A stretch of DNA of 64,000 bases from Abditibacterium sp. Its GTDB lineage: Bacteria; Armatimonadota; Abditibacteriia; Abditibacteriales; Abditibacteriaceae. The DNA is taken from NCBI GenBank assembly GCA_965199495.1, contig CBDASK010000003.1, positions 3,936,001 through 4,000,000 on the forward strand, written 5' to 3'. This document shows positions 18,020-28,682 of the stretch, in pieces; the first letter of the stretch is position 1, and each line of letters opens with the position of its first letter. Below the pieces are notes generated by a model. That model searched no databases. It was not told where the DNA came from and worked only from the letters and a program-made list of their open reading frames with translations. Made by a program: the position numbers and the translations under genes.

Positions 18020-19093
18020 ATGAACAACCCCATATCAAAGCGCCTCGCGCTCACCCTCGCGCTCAGCGGCGCCATTCTTCCCCTAACAATTGTCGGCTGC
18101 GGCGGCGGCAACGGCGGCTTGCTCGGCTCGCAAAAGCCCACAGCGACGCCCGCGCCGATTGACCTCGTGCCCAACAAGTTCACTTTGAGTAACGGCCAGA
18201 TCGTCACGCTCAAACTGACGCAGACGGGGGCGGCGCTCAAGGGCACCGCGCAGATCGCCAATGCGACGGCTCTGCCGAAATTGTCGAGCGGCGCGCAAAA
18301 CCTGTTGTCGGTGCAGATTCCGCCTGGCATTTTTCCCATCGAAGGCACTTTCACCGCGACGCGCGGCTTCGATTTGCGCGCGACCGACGGCAGTTTCAGC
18401 GTCAACGGCAATTTCGCCACGCCGACCTTGCCCGGCACTTACAATTTGACGCTGGCGAGCGGACAAACCGATTCGGGAGTTGTGCCCGCGACTGGCACGA
18501 CCAATCCCACACCCGCGCCGACGACGGTGCCAACGACGACGCCAACGACATCGCCGACCGTTGCGCCCACAGCGCCGCCGACGGGCGGGCCACTCAATGT
18601 GACGGCGGATCCCGCGCTGATTTTTAGCGATTTTTCGGCGAATTCCAACCTGTTGAATCGCTCGTCGCTCGCCAGCTTCGATAAATTCTCGACCGCCGAC
18701 AACGAGATTTTTAATTACACCGGCACCGCGACCTATCAGAGCGCGAAACTTCAAGGCACGCTCCAAGGGAATGGCACGGCAGGGCAGCGCACTATCGCCA
18801 TTGCCTTCAGTGGCGTAGCCAACATCCAGTCGGCAGGGGCTAATTTCAAAGTGGGCGATGTGCGCCAGTTCAACGTTTTTAATCAGATTCTCTATTCTGA
18901 GGGAGTTGACCGCAACAACAACATTTATAAGGCGAGTTCCGGCACGATGACAATCACCAAGTTAGGCGCCGACTCCCTGTCCATTGCCGTTGATGCGTTG
19001 ATGGTTCCCTACCTCGGCGATGGAGTCGGCTCGTTTCGCATCAAGGGCACGGTTAATGGCACCGGTTTGAAAGTCACCAACTTCACCAACTAA
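18020..19093 (+). CDS. Lipoprotein, modules A+B with P/T linker
   Basis: LTIVG-CGGG lipobox; FTLSNGQ module, PT-rich linker, YKASSGTMTI module. Confidence 0.8.
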   Translation: MNNPISKRLALTLALSGAILPLTIVGCGGGNGGLLGSQKPTATPAPIDLVPNKFTLSNGQIVTLKLTQTGAALKGTAQIANATALPKLSSGAQNLLSVQIPPGIFPIEGTFTATRGFDLRATDGSFSVNGNFATPTLPGTYNLTLASGQTDSGVVPATGTTNPTPAPTTVPTTTPTTSPTVAPTAPPTGGPLNVTADPALIFSDFSANSNLLNRSSLASFDKFSTADNEIFNYTGTATYQSAKLQGTLQGNGTAGQRTIAIAFSGVANIQSAGANFKVGDVRQFNVFNQILYSEGVDRNNNIYKASSGTMTITKLGADSLSIAVDALMVPYLGDGVGSFRIKGTVNGTGLKVTNFTN

Positions 19094-19099
19094 CCTCCC

Positions 19100-19720
19100 G
19101 TGAAACACAAACTCCTACTCACCCTCGCGCTTTCTGGCGCCGTCTTTCCCCTTACAATCGTCGGTTGCGGCGGCGGAGTGCTTAATCCACCCACGCCACA
19201 AGCCACCGCCACTCCGACAACAATGCCGACGATGCCGCCAACGATTACGGGCCAGCGATTTGTCGGGCCAATCACATCCGCGTCGGGCTTCAATGGCGAT
19301 GGTTCAGCGTTTGATTTCTCTGAACTGGCGTCGAGCAACTTCGATTTTTCCGGCAACAGTGGCGTCACGCCGACTTTCGATAACAACGCGCCCGCGACGC
19401 CTCGATAGGTGCAGTTCACGCTATTTTCGCCCACTTCGGGCACGGTGAAAATTGGGAGCTACGCTGTCAAAGCGCGACCCATCAACACGGCGCGCGAGGC
19501 TTCGGCGTTTTACAACGAAGGCGCGGCCAAAAGTTGGGAAGCGACTGGCGGCACCATCATCGTGGACAGCGTGAAGGGCGATATTTACAAATTTCGCTGG
19601 GTCGGCGTTACGATGGTCGCGGGGCGTCGCTTCGGCAGTTCGGATTCGCAGGGCACTTTCACCCTGAGCGGAAGCGGGCAGGGGCGCGTGGTGTGCCGCA
19701 CCCGCGCCGAATGTGGTTAA
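19100..19720 (+). pseudogene. Lipoprotein (module B) interrupted by in-frame TAG at 19406-19408
   Basis: ORFs 19100-19408 and 19409-19720 are contiguous in the same frame; the downstream part carries the module-B motif WEATGGTIIV...GTFTLSG. Confidence 0.75.
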
Positions 19721-19737
19721 AAATGGAGATGAAAATT

Positions 19738-20595
19738 ATGAAAATTAAATTCGCGCTCATACTGGCGCTCTCACTTGCCCTCGCGCCATTTGCGCAGGCC
19801 GCGCCCGCCGTCACGCTCGCCGACAAACAGTTGGTGAAAGATTTCCTCAGCGTCATCGCCAAAAGCGACGTTGAGGGCGCCAAAAAGCTGATCGCGCAGC
19901 CCAACTTCTCGCCGCAACTGTTCGAGCAATCCAAAGAACGTCAGGACAATCTGTTCGAGAAGGCGATTAGCCTGAAAGAACCGGCTATCGCGCGCTTGAT
20001 GATCGCCAGTCCGGCTTTCAAAAAAGAGACGTGGAACGCCAAAACCACCGCGCGCCCGCTCATTTACGCGACTTACGCCCCGGCGATGTTGCCGCTTTTG
20101 CAGGAAATGTCGAAGTTGCCGCACTTCGATCTGAATACACCTGGCGCCGATGGTGGCGAGTTTCCACTGCGCTTCGCCGCCGAAAACGATAACATGACCG
20201 CGCTCAAATGGTTGGTCGCGCGACCGAAAGTCAACGTCGCGGCGCGCAACCAGGACGGCGATAACGCCTTGTTTAGCGCGGGCGCCAAAGCGACGGTTTA
20301 TCTGTTGTCGCTCAAGAAGATCGACGTGAACCAGCGTAACAGCGAGAACAGGACGGCCCTTCACATGGCGGTTTGGGAAGGCGATAAAGCCCGCGTGCGC
20401 GCGCTATTGGCTGCGCCGACGATTAATCCGAATATTAAAGCCAAAGACGGCAACACGCCACTCGACATCGCGCTCTCGCAGGATGTCGACATGAGCGCGC
20501 TCTTCATGGCCAGCAAAAAAGTCAAGCCGACAGCGGCGCAACGCAAAACCTATAATCGCATCAAAGCCAACGGCATGGGCGGCGGCGCGGGTTAA
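19738..20595 (+). CDS. Secreted ankyrin-repeat protein
   Basis: Signal MKIKFALILALSLALAPFAQA after GGAG; EFPLRFAA, RTALHMAV and GNTPLDIA repeats. Confidence 0.85.
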   Translation: MKIKFALILALSLALAPFAQAAPAVTLADKQLVKDFLSVIAKSDVEGAKKLIAQPNFSPQLFEQSKERQDNLFEKAISLKEPAIARLMIASPAFKKETWNAKTTARPLIYATYAPAMLPLLQEMSKLPHFDLNTPGADGGEFPLRFAAENDNMTALKWLVARPKVNVAARNQDGDNALFSAGAKATVYLLSLKKIDVNQRNSENRTALHMAVWEGDKARVRALLAAPTINPNIKAKDGNTPLDIALSQDVDMSALFMASKKVKPTAAQRKTYNRIKANGMGGGAG

Positions 20596-20651
20596 GCGGG
20601 CTGGTATTTTGGAGGTTTGCCCAAACCGGCAACCCACGAGAAGATGAAGCC

Positions 20652-21488
20652 ATGAGACTCATTTTATTTATCGCCTTTCTGCTCGTGACAACCGCAGCCA
20701 CGGCGCCAGTGCGCGCCGATTATGGCGCTGATTACAAACTCATTCTCAAGCTCGAAACGGCGATGCGTAACAGCGATGTGCCCGCCGTCAAGACGCTGGT
20801 CGCCGCGCCTAATTTTCGTCCTCTGCTGGCCATCAACGCCGATTATCCGACGGTCTTCGAGCGCGCCCTAAGCAACGAACAACCCGAAATCGCGCGCGCC
20901 ATGATGAACAGTGCGGGCTGGAAACGCACGCGCTGGAACGCCCGCAATACGGCCATGCCACTGATTCACGCGGCTTCTTGGCCCAGTCTGTTCCCGATTC
21001 TGCGCGATTTATCGCGCCAGAAAGGATTCGATCTCAACACGCCCGGCGCGCCCGACGGCGAGTTCCCGTTGATTTTCGCCGCCCAAAAAGGCAATATGCC
21101 CGCTCTCAAATGGTTGATCAAACAGCCGCAAGTGCAACTCAACCGGCGCAACAACGCGGGCCAAAACGCGCTTTATGAAGCCGACGAAGAAGCGACCGAT
21201 TACTTGCTTTCGCTGCATCGCATGGACATCAACGCGCGCGACAAATTCGGCCAAACCGCCCTTCACAGCGCCGCAGGACTTCGGCAGTGGCGCAAAGTGC
21301 GTTCGCTTCTGGAAGCGCCCGGCATCGATCCCAACATCCGCGACAACAACCGCGTGCCGCGCACCGCGCTCGATTTCGCGCTTTCGCGCAACAGCTTTGA
21401 TGTCGTTGAGGCGCTGATGGAAAGCCCCAAAGTTCGGAGAACGCCCGCGCAAATCGCGCAATTCAAACGCATGGGCGGCGCGCTTTAA
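20652..21488 (+). CDS. Secreted ankyrin-repeat protein (paralog of 19738)
   Basis: Signal peptide VRA|D; FDLNTPGA.DGEFPL.FAA shared with the upstream gene; GQTALHSAA. Confidence 0.85.
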   Translation: MRLILFIAFLLVTTAATAPVRADYGADYKLILKLETAMRNSDVPAVKTLVAAPNFRPLLAINADYPTVFERALSNEQPEIARAMMNSAGWKRTRWNARNTAMPLIHAASWPSLFPILRDLSRQKGFDLNTPGAPDGEFPLIFAAQKGNMPALKWLIKQPQVQLNRRNNAGQNALYEADEEATDYLLSLHRMDINARDKFGQTALHSAAGLRQWRKVRSLLEAPGIDPNIRDNNRVPRTALDFALSRNSFDVVEALMESPKVRRTPAQIAQFKRMGGAL

Positions 21489-21514
21489 AACCGCGCTACG
21501 CAAGCAAACCAAAC

Positions 21515-24500
21515 ATGAAAAAACTCATCATTCTCGCGCCCGCCTTGCTGCTCTGCGTCGGCGTGGCTGCTGTGTCGCCGATGCCGCTTGCGCTCGCCAA
21601 AGATGCGCCCGTCAAAAATTTCGACGCGAAATTAGATGCGCCGCTCATGGCGGCCATAGGCGCAGACAACGCGAGCGAAGTGCGTAATTTGTTGGCGCGC
21701 GGCGCCAATCCTAACGCGCACGCCACCGACTCAACCGGCGCGACCGCTCTGGGAAGCGCGGCGGCCAAGAACACTGAAATCGTGAAACTTCTGGTCGCAG
21801 CGGGCGCCGACTTGGAAAAAGGCAACGCTCTGGGGCAAACGGTGCTGCTGTTGATGGCATTGAATGATCGCACTGACAACATTATCTATCTGGTGCAAAG
21901 CGGCGCCAAAATAGAGAACGGCCAATATCAAGGTTTGACGCCATTAATGATCGCCGCCACCGCAGGCAAAACGGATTCAGTGCGCCGTTTGTTGCGTTTG
22001 GGCGCCAACGTCAACGCGCGCGATAACAACAATGCCACCGCGCTTATTTATGGTTCGGCCAAGACCATCGCAGGGCAGGGCAATCTCGAAGTCGTGAAGA
22101 TTTTGGTCGAAGCGGGCGCCGACTTGTTCGTTGTGTCCAAAAACGGCCTCGATGCTTTGGCGATGGCGAAGAAACATAATTTGAACGACATCGCCAGTTA
22201 TCTGGCGACCAAAACGAACCTTGATATCGAGCTTTACAACGCCGGTTTGAACTCTGCCAAAACCAACGGCAAGCCGCAAGATGATTGGCAAATCGCGCGC
22301 GACTTACTCGATAAAGGTGCCAAAGGCTATTTCACCGGTTCAGGTGACAGTGGTTACACCGCGTTAATTTGGTTTTCTTCTGATACCAAAAACTTTGATG
22401 AGACGACAGCCAAACGTTTAATCGCGGTTTCCGACCTTAACGTGCAAAACAAAAACGGCCAAACTGCTCTTCATGTGGCGGCGGCGTTTGGCAACGAAAA
22501 AATGGTGGCGTTGTTAATCGCGGCGGGCGCCAACTTATCAACGGTTGATAAATCTGGCAAAACGCCGCTCGGCGACGCGCAGAAATTCCCCGCCATCGCC
22601 ACGATGCTACGCAACGCGGGCGCGAAGAATGGGACTAACGCCGCGTCGTTGGATGAAGACCTTTATAACGCTCTTGTTGTTGTCTTCCAATCGCTCAATG
22701 CGGATAAAACCATCTCCGAATCGAGTTGGGCACCGGTTGAAAAGTTGTTGAACGCGGGCGCCAGTGGTCGTTTTACCTTTGAAGGCGTGACTGCGTTGAT
22801 TGTGCTCGCACAAATTGATGAAGGCGTCCCGCTCAAAGACGAGATGATCCAGACGCTCATCGCGCGCTCCGACATCAACGCGCAGGATGAGAAAGGCAAT
22901 ACGGCTCTGCTCCTCGCCGCAGATTATGACAATCGCAAGATAGTTGAACTGCTCATCGCGGCGGGCGCCGATTTGAGTCTGCGCAACAAAGATGGGGAAA
23001 CAGCGCGCGAGGTCGCTGAGTTTGCTGGTGACGCCACGCTCGAAACTTTCGACAAAGCCGTCGCCAACCGTCCCGCGACAAATGCGCCCGCCAAACCGAA
23101 CGTTACGGCGCCGGTTGCGCAAGCGGACAAAGACAAGGCGCTGTTTGAGTTGGTCACCAAAATCTTTGTCGCTGATTTTACGGGTGAAACCGTTCCTTCC
23201 GGCGATTGGGCGAACGTCGCAAGTCTGCTGAATGCGGGCGCTACGGGGCATTATGTCAGCGCGGGCAAAACCGCGTTGCTGAGGCTCGCGGGCTTTAAAA
23301 AAGTCCCGCTCCGCGACGAGGTGCTGGCAACGCTCATCGCGCGCTCCGATGTGAACGCGCAGGACGAAGACGGCAATACGGCGTTGATGCAGGCGGTGCT
23401 TTATAACAATCGCCAGATATTCGATCTGTTGATGGCAGCGGGCGCCGATGTCAATCTGCGCGATAGCGGTGGCCTCTCGGCGGGCGACATCGCCGATAAA
23501 ATGAAAAATCCGACTCTAAAAGATATTCTCGACAAAGCCGCTGCCAATCCCGCCAAAACTGTCGCGCCGCCGACAGCAGCCACGCCGCCCGCCGTAGCGA
23601 ATGGCAACGCCAACGCGCCCGCCAAAACGCCGGTTGCGAAAACCCCGGTTGCGGCCACGCGCGCGCGCCGCGCGATGTTCGCGGCCAATCGCGCGTTTGC
23701 GCCCGACGAATCGAGCCGCGCCATTGCCAATCGCGCGTTCAATCCCACTATCGGCGTGGACGAGGTGCGATTGGGCTGGGGCGTTCAAGACGACTGGGAC
23801 TTTAGCAAACCGTTGCCCACAAAAAGCGTGACCAACGTGAGAATGCCCAACGATTGGATGCACGAGCGCGAGCTGACGAACCGCGAAATTCGTCAGAATC
23901 CCGACGACATCGTGGCGCGGCTCAGTCGCGTGAGCACGGAGCCTTTCATCGTTCCGGTGATTATGAGTCCCGAAGACGCCGAGAAATTTGTCTTCGGCAC
24001 GAGCGGAGAACAGGCGAAGTTTCTTTGGTATCAATTCGAGGAACTGCTGAAGAAAGGGCCGGTGCCCGCGCGAACGATAATGCCGGTCGTCAAGGGATTG
24101 GGCGTTGACAAATACGCGCCCAACGCCGACGATTTGCGGCGCGGCGATAGCGCCGAAGCCAAACGCATCAGCGAACGCGTCAGCCATCTGAAGACGGCGC
24201 TCAAGCCGTTCGAGTCGGTCGAGGAGGTCTCGTCGCTCGCCAAAACGGTGGAGCGATTGTTGGACGGCAAAGTCGCGCTTGCCGAGTTTTATGCGGCGCC
24301 AACCGACGGCAAAAAGCGCTTTAACGCGCAGACCTATGCGGCGGGCGCCTCCCGATTCGCCGCGCAGACGCCCAATGCCGAGTTGGTTTCGCTGTTAGCC
24401 GTCGCCGCCAGCGTCGCGCTGGGTGATGTGACGCCCGCGCAATTGCCCGCGCGCGCGGCGGCGTTCAAAACCGCACATTACGCGGACGATTGCGCGAGCG

Positions 24501-25285
24501 TTTCGTTGTTTTTGAACGCAATCGGCGAAAAAGCGGCGGCCAAAACTTGGGCACAACTCGCGGTATCTGCGGGCGGCGACTCTCCAACGGTCTGGCTGGC
24601 GCACGCGAGAACTTTGCCCGCCAATAGTCGCGAACGTTTCGAGGCGCTGCAAAAATCCGCGATGCCGATGAATTGGCTCGACCGCGACAAAGCGGGCGCA
24701 CTAAATGATTGGGTGGCGAGCGCCGATACGTTTGGCACCGTCGAGCAACGGCGTCTGGCGCGCGAAGAGCTGTTGATGAGTCGCGGCACGCCGCGCGACT
24801 GGGCCGATTACGCCGAGTTCGAGCTGCAATCTGGCGAGTGGGCCAACGCCTACAACGCCAATCGCCTGATCGTGTTGTGGCAACCGCTCAAGCCGGTTCC
24901 GATGACGGCGGAGCAGCGAGGCAACGACAAAGTTGATCCGATTAAAAGCGCTGCTGTCGGCCTCAGTCCGCGCATTGACGCGCGCTTGAAGGGCGCGTTT
25001 TTGATGCTCAAGCTGGGCTATATCAAGGCGTCGAACGCCGAATATCGGCAGGCGATTTTCGAGGCGTTTCCCATAGACGGCGACGAGGATGAACGAGATT
25101 TGGGCGCTACGATTGACCGAGATTACGCGGCGACCTTTACGCTGCACCGCCGTTTGCTGCGCGCGCAACTCGCCAAGACTCCGGGCGATGCGAACTTGAA
25201 AGCGGCCTTAGACCGGTTAATCGCCTTAGAAGTTGACGGAGGCGAGCCGGAAGATTTCGTGATCACGCCGGGGCCAGTCGTGTAA
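21515..25285 (+). CDS. Large secreted ankyrin-repeat protein with helical C-terminal domain
   Basis: Signal peptide; many GxTAL/PL..AA repeats; C-terminal ~500 aa paralogous to the next gene. Confidence 0.85.
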   Translation: MKKLIILAPALLLCVGVAAVSPMPLALAKDAPVKNFDAKLDAPLMAAIGADNASEVRNLLARGANPNAHATDSTGATALGSAAAKNTEIVKLLVAAGADLEKGNALGQTVLLLMALNDRTDNIIYLVQSGAKIENGQYQGLTPLMIAATAGKTDSVRRLLRLGANVNARDNNNATALIYGSAKTIAGQGNLEVVKILVEAGADLFVVSKNGLDALAMAKKHNLNDIASYLATKTNLDIELYNAGLNSAKTNGKPQDDWQIARDLLDKGAKGYFTGSGDSGYTALIWFSSDTKNFDETTAKRLIAVSDLNVQNKNGQTALHVAAAFGNEKMVALLIAAGANLSTVDKSGKTPLGDAQKFPAIATMLRNAGAKNGTNAASLDEDLYNALVVVFQSLNADKTISESSWAPVEKLLNAGASGRFTFEGVTALIVLAQIDEGVPLKDEMIQTLIARSDINAQDEKGNTALLLAADYDNRKIVELLIAAGADLSLRNKDGETAREVAEFAGDATLETFDKAVANRPATNAPAKPNVTAPVAQADKDKALFELVTKIFVADFTGETVPSGDWANVASLLNAGATGHYVSAGKTALLRLAGFKKVPLRDEVLATLIARSDVNAQDEDGNTALMQAVLYNNRQIFDLLMAAGADVNLRDSGGLSAGDIADKMKNPTLKDILDKAAANPAKTVAPPTAATPPAVANGNANAPAKTPVAKTPVAATRARRAMFAANRAFAPDESSRAIANRAFNPTIGVDEVRLGWGVQDDWDFSKPLPTKSVTNVRMPNDWMHERELTNREIRQNPDDIVARLSRVSTEPFIVPVIMSPEDAEKFVFGTSGEQAKFLWYQFEELLKKGPVPARTIMPVVKGLGVDKYAPNADDLRRGDSAEAKRISERVSHLKTALKPFESVEEVSSLAKTVERLLDGKVALAEFYAAPTDGKKRFNAQTYAAGASRFAAQTPNAELVSLLAVAASVALGDVTPAQLPARAAAFKTAHYADDCASVSLFLNAIGEKAAAKTWAQLAVSAGGDSPTVWLAHARTLPANSRERFEALQKSAMPMNWLDRDKAGALNDWVASADTFGTVEQRRLAREELLMSRGTPRDWADYAEFELQSGEWANAYNANRLIVLWQPLKPVPMTAEQRGNDKVDPIKSAAVGLSPRIDARLKGAFLMLKLGYIKASNAEYRQAIFEAFPIDGDEDERDLGATIDRDYAATFTLHRRLLRAQLAKTPGDANLKAALDRLIALEVDGGEPEDFVITPGPVV

Positions 25286-25325
25286 TTGGGCCGCGCATGG
25301 ATTCGCAATGCCTTTTTCAAACACC

Positions 25326-27605
25326 ATGAACAAAATTATCATGCTCGCGCCCGCACTGTTGCTTGGCGCGACAGTCGCCCGCGCGCAACCCGCGCGCAAT
25401 CCGGCTAAAGCCAATGCTGTGGCGCCGAAGGTTACCGACCAAGACGAAGAACTTTATAGCGAAATTGACGAACTCTCCGCCAGCGATGATCCTCTGAACG
25501 CGGATTGGTCACGGGTGGAAGAGTTGCTGAACGCGGGGGCTAACGGGTATGCCACCTTTCAAGGCGCAACCGCGTTGATGTTAATGGCTTTTGTCGGCGA
25601 AGAAACCCCGCTCAAGGATTCAAGAATTCAGTTGCTTATCGCGCGCTCTGACATCAACGCGCAGAATAAACACGGCAGGACGGCACTGCATCAAGCCGCA
25701 TTTTACGGCGGTCTCAAGCTGATGAAAATGTTGATCGCGGCAGGCGCCGATCTCAATCTGCGCGATGAAGATGGCAAGACGGCGCGCGATCTGGCCAGCA
25801 AATATAAAATCACGCTGGAACAGTTTGATAAAGCCGTCGCCAACCGGCCCACAACCGCACCAGCCACGCCGCCCGCAACCGACAGACCCACGCGTCCCGT
25901 CCGCCCGCCGCGCGTGGCGGATGGCGTGGCTGCATCGCCTGCGCGGCCTCGTCCGCCCAGACGAGGCGACCGAATTGCCGCCGCTGGCGATGTGTTGGCC
26001 AGTCCTCCGTTTTTCACGCGCAACCGCGCGATTGTCAGCGGAATGAACGATCCGTCTTCGATGAAGGCGAACTATCTGCCGCTTTTTACAACTCAAGTGC
26101 AGATGCAGTTGGGCGTCGAGCCGTTTCCACCCAAAGAGGGCGAGCAGCGTTCGCTTTATTCGACGTTGCTCCCCAGTTACCATTCGTTTGCTCTGGCAGC
26201 GGCATCGCGCCAGTTCAAAGACGAACCCGAAAACAAAGTCGCGCTCGCCCAGCGCGCGGCGCAGTGGCCTCATACGTTTCGTATGGCGCTCAATTCCGAT
26301 TCGCTGGGAAAATTAGTGGAATTGGGCGCCATCAATCGCCAATACACCGAGCTGGATATGCGCGGCGTGATGGCAGGGCCGCTCACGCCCGAAATGTTTG
26401 GGCCGGTTTTGAGAGCCTTGCAAGTGGAAGATTACGCGCCTCATCCCGCGCAAATTCGCAGCGGGCGGGCCGCCGAAGTCAACGAGCGCATTAAGGCGCT
26501 CAAAGCGGCGCTCGTGGCGTTTACGCCCATCGTGCCCTCGGCCCAAGAAACAGTGATGGTTCTCGACGCCAAAGCCGCGATTTCGCGGTTGAGCGATGCG
26601 CCAGACGACGCCGACAATCGCGCCAATGCCGAAGCGTTCCTGGTGCGGGCGCGCGAATTTAGCGCGGCCAATTCCAATTCGCCGACCGTCGGTTTGATGG
26701 CGCTGGCGGTCGAGGCGGCGCTGGGGAAAATCCAGCTCACAGAGTTAAGCGCGCGCGCGACGACTTTCAACTCGCCCGGCTTCGCCGAAAATTGTGCGGG
26801 CATTTCGCTGTTTCTAAACGATCTAAACCAGAACGAGAAGGCCAAAATCTGGTGCCGCGCCTGGAATGCCGTGGCTGCTGCGAGCGCGGACGCGGCCAAC
26901 AGTCCGCATCTGATGCTGGCGCAGGCGCAGATGTTGGCGCCGAGCCGCGAACGTTTCGAGTTGCTGAAAAAGTGCGCCATCCCGTTCTCATTTGACGACC
27001 GCTACAAAAACCTGGCGGTCAGCCAGTTGGTCTCCGATGCCAGACAATTCGGCGATCGGGCGTGGCAACGCCGCGCGCTCGAAGAAGCGGTGATGAGCAT
27101 CGCCATGCCTTATACCTGGCAAGATTACGCGCAATTCGCGCTCGAAGATGGGCAGTGGGGCAACGCCTTCAACGCCAACCGTATCATCGTGGGGTGGCAA
27201 GAGCGAACGCCCGATTCACCGATTTCCGATGAGCAACGCGCCGCCGTCAGTCCGCTCGATCCATTGCCTGCCTCGGCGATTCGGCCCGTCATCAGCCGAC
27301 GGATGGACGCGCGGCTTAAAGGCGCGTTTTTGATGTTGAAATTGGGTTACTTCGAAGCCTCGCGCGCCGAATACGCGGGCGCCATCGGCGAATCTTTGCC
27401 CGAAGATGCGGCCCAAGAAAAGAAAGACAAAGCCGACACCATCGGCGCCGATTTCGAGACGACGTTTCTTTTGCACCGCCGCTTCTTGCGCGCCGAACTG
27501 GCCAAAACCCCCGACGACGCCGATTTGAAAGCCGCCCTGGATCGTCTGGTCGCGCTCAAAGTGGACGCCGCCCAACACGAGAAATGGGTGATGCCGATTC
27601 TGTAA
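25326..27605 (+). CDS. Secreted ankyrin-repeat protein with the same helical C-terminal domain
   Basis: MNKIIMLAPALL signal; DINAQNKHGRTALHQAA; DARLKGAFLMLKLGY and LAKTP.DA.LKAALDRL shared with the upstream gene. Confidence 0.85.
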   Translation: MNKIIMLAPALLLGATVARAQPARNPAKANAVAPKVTDQDEELYSEIDELSASDDPLNADWSRVEELLNAGANGYATFQGATALMLMAFVGEETPLKDSRIQLLIARSDINAQNKHGRTALHQAAFYGGLKLMKMLIAAGADLNLRDEDGKTARDLASKYKITLEQFDKAVANRPTTAPATPPATDRPTRPVRPPRVADGVAASPARPRPPRRGDRIAAAGDVLASPPFFTRNRAIVSGMNDPSSMKANYLPLFTTQVQMQLGVEPFPPKEGEQRSLYSTLLPSYHSFALAAASRQFKDEPENKVALAQRAAQWPHTFRMALNSDSLGKLVELGAINRQYTELDMRGVMAGPLTPEMFGPVLRALQVEDYAPHPAQIRSGRAAEVNERIKALKAALVAFTPIVPSAQETVMVLDAKAAISRLSDAPDDADNRANAEAFLVRAREFSAANSNSPTVGLMALAVEAALGKIQLTELSARATTFNSPGFAENCAGISLFLNDLNQNEKAKIWCRAWNAVAAASADAANSPHLMLAQAQMLAPSRERFELLKKCAIPFSFDDRYKNLAVSQLVSDARQFGDRAWQRRALEEAVMSIAMPYTWQDYAQFALEDGQWGNAFNANRIIVGWQERTPDSPISDEQRAAVSPLDPLPASAIRPVISRRMDARLKGAFLMLKLGYFEASRAEYAGAIGESLPEDAAQEKKDKADTIGADFETTFLLHRRFLRAELAKTPDDADLKAALDRLVALKVDAAQHEKWVMPIL

Positions 27606-27632
27606 GTTGAATCCCCGAACTCCCCAAATTTC

Positions 27633-28571
27633 ATGAAAAACCTCAAACTCACCGCGCCCATTCTGGCGCTCTCGCTCGCCGTGGCTGCATCAGCCTTCGC
27701 GCCCGTCGCATTCACGCCCGTCGCGTTCGCGCAAGATGACGAAACGCCCGCGCCCGTTCTGACGCCGACGCAAATCGCGTGGCAGAAAATTCTCAAAGAC
27801 AACGACATTGAGGCCGCCCGTCTCAAAGTCAAAGAACCCGGATTCGATCCGCTTTTGCCGTTGCCCTACGAATTCAGCCCGCTTTTGGGCGAAGTTTTGA
27901 GCGCCCACGAAACCGAAATCGCCGCGCTAATCATCGAAGCCGCGCCGACCGAGGCTTATCTTAGCAACGCCAATGCTCTGGGTTATCTGGGCCAAACCGA
28001 AAATTTGCCGGTTTTGAAAGTGTTGCTGGCCAAACCGAAATTTGATCCCAACCAATTACTCAGCGGCGACCCGTTGCTGTTCGCGGTTGTTCAGGCCAAA
28101 AACGTCGAGGGCGTTAAAGTGATGTTGGCCGACGCGCGTGTTGATGCGGGCGCGCGCGGCGAAAGCGACAAAACCGTATTATTCCCGCTCGCGGGCACGC
28201 ATTCGACCGAACTCGCGCAATTATTTTTAGCCGACAAACGCGTCGATCCCGCCGCCAAAACTACCGGCGAAAGCACCGCGCTCCACGAAGCCGCTGGCTC
28301 GAATGACGCCGAAATCGTGACCGCGCTTTTGGCCGACCCGCGCGTGGATGTCAACGCCGCCAACGACCGGGGCATTTCGCCGCTGATGGTCGCGGCGACT
28401 ACCAAACTCGATATGGTGCTTTTGCTGCTGCGCGATCCACGCGTCAAAATCGGCGCCGACGAAGTGCAACGCATCGGCGCGTTGGTGCAGCGCAACGAAG
28501 ACGACGCGGCGAACGCCGATGTTATCGCCGAAATCAAAAAGTTGGTCGCGGTGCGTTTCGCCAACAAATGA
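27633..28571 (+). CDS. Secreted ankyrin-repeat protein
   Basis: Signal AFA|Q; STALHEAA, DVNAANDRGISPLMVAA and repeated LADxRVD. Confidence 0.85.
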   Translation: MKNLKLTAPILALSLAVAASAFAPVAFTPVAFAQDDETPAPVLTPTQIAWQKILKDNDIEAARLKVKEPGFDPLLPLPYEFSPLLGEVLSAHETEIAALIIEAAPTEAYLSNANALGYLGQTENLPVLKVLLAKPKFDPNQLLSGDPLLFAVVQAKNVEGVKVMLADARVDAGARGESDKTVLFPLAGTHSTELAQLFLADKRVDPAAKTTGESTALHEAAGSNDAEIVTALLADPRVDVNAANDRGISPLMVAATTKLDMVLLLLRDPRVKIGADEVQRIGALVQRNEDDAANADVIAEIKKLVAVRFANK

Positions 28572-28682
28572 AGTCCCGCGCGAAAATCAAATTCGTCACC
28601 GCGAAGTCTGACTTCGGCGAAATGAAGTAAGGTTCTGGCGGCGCGAGCGGGGGCGCGTAAGTCCAGCGAAAAGGAGAAAACT

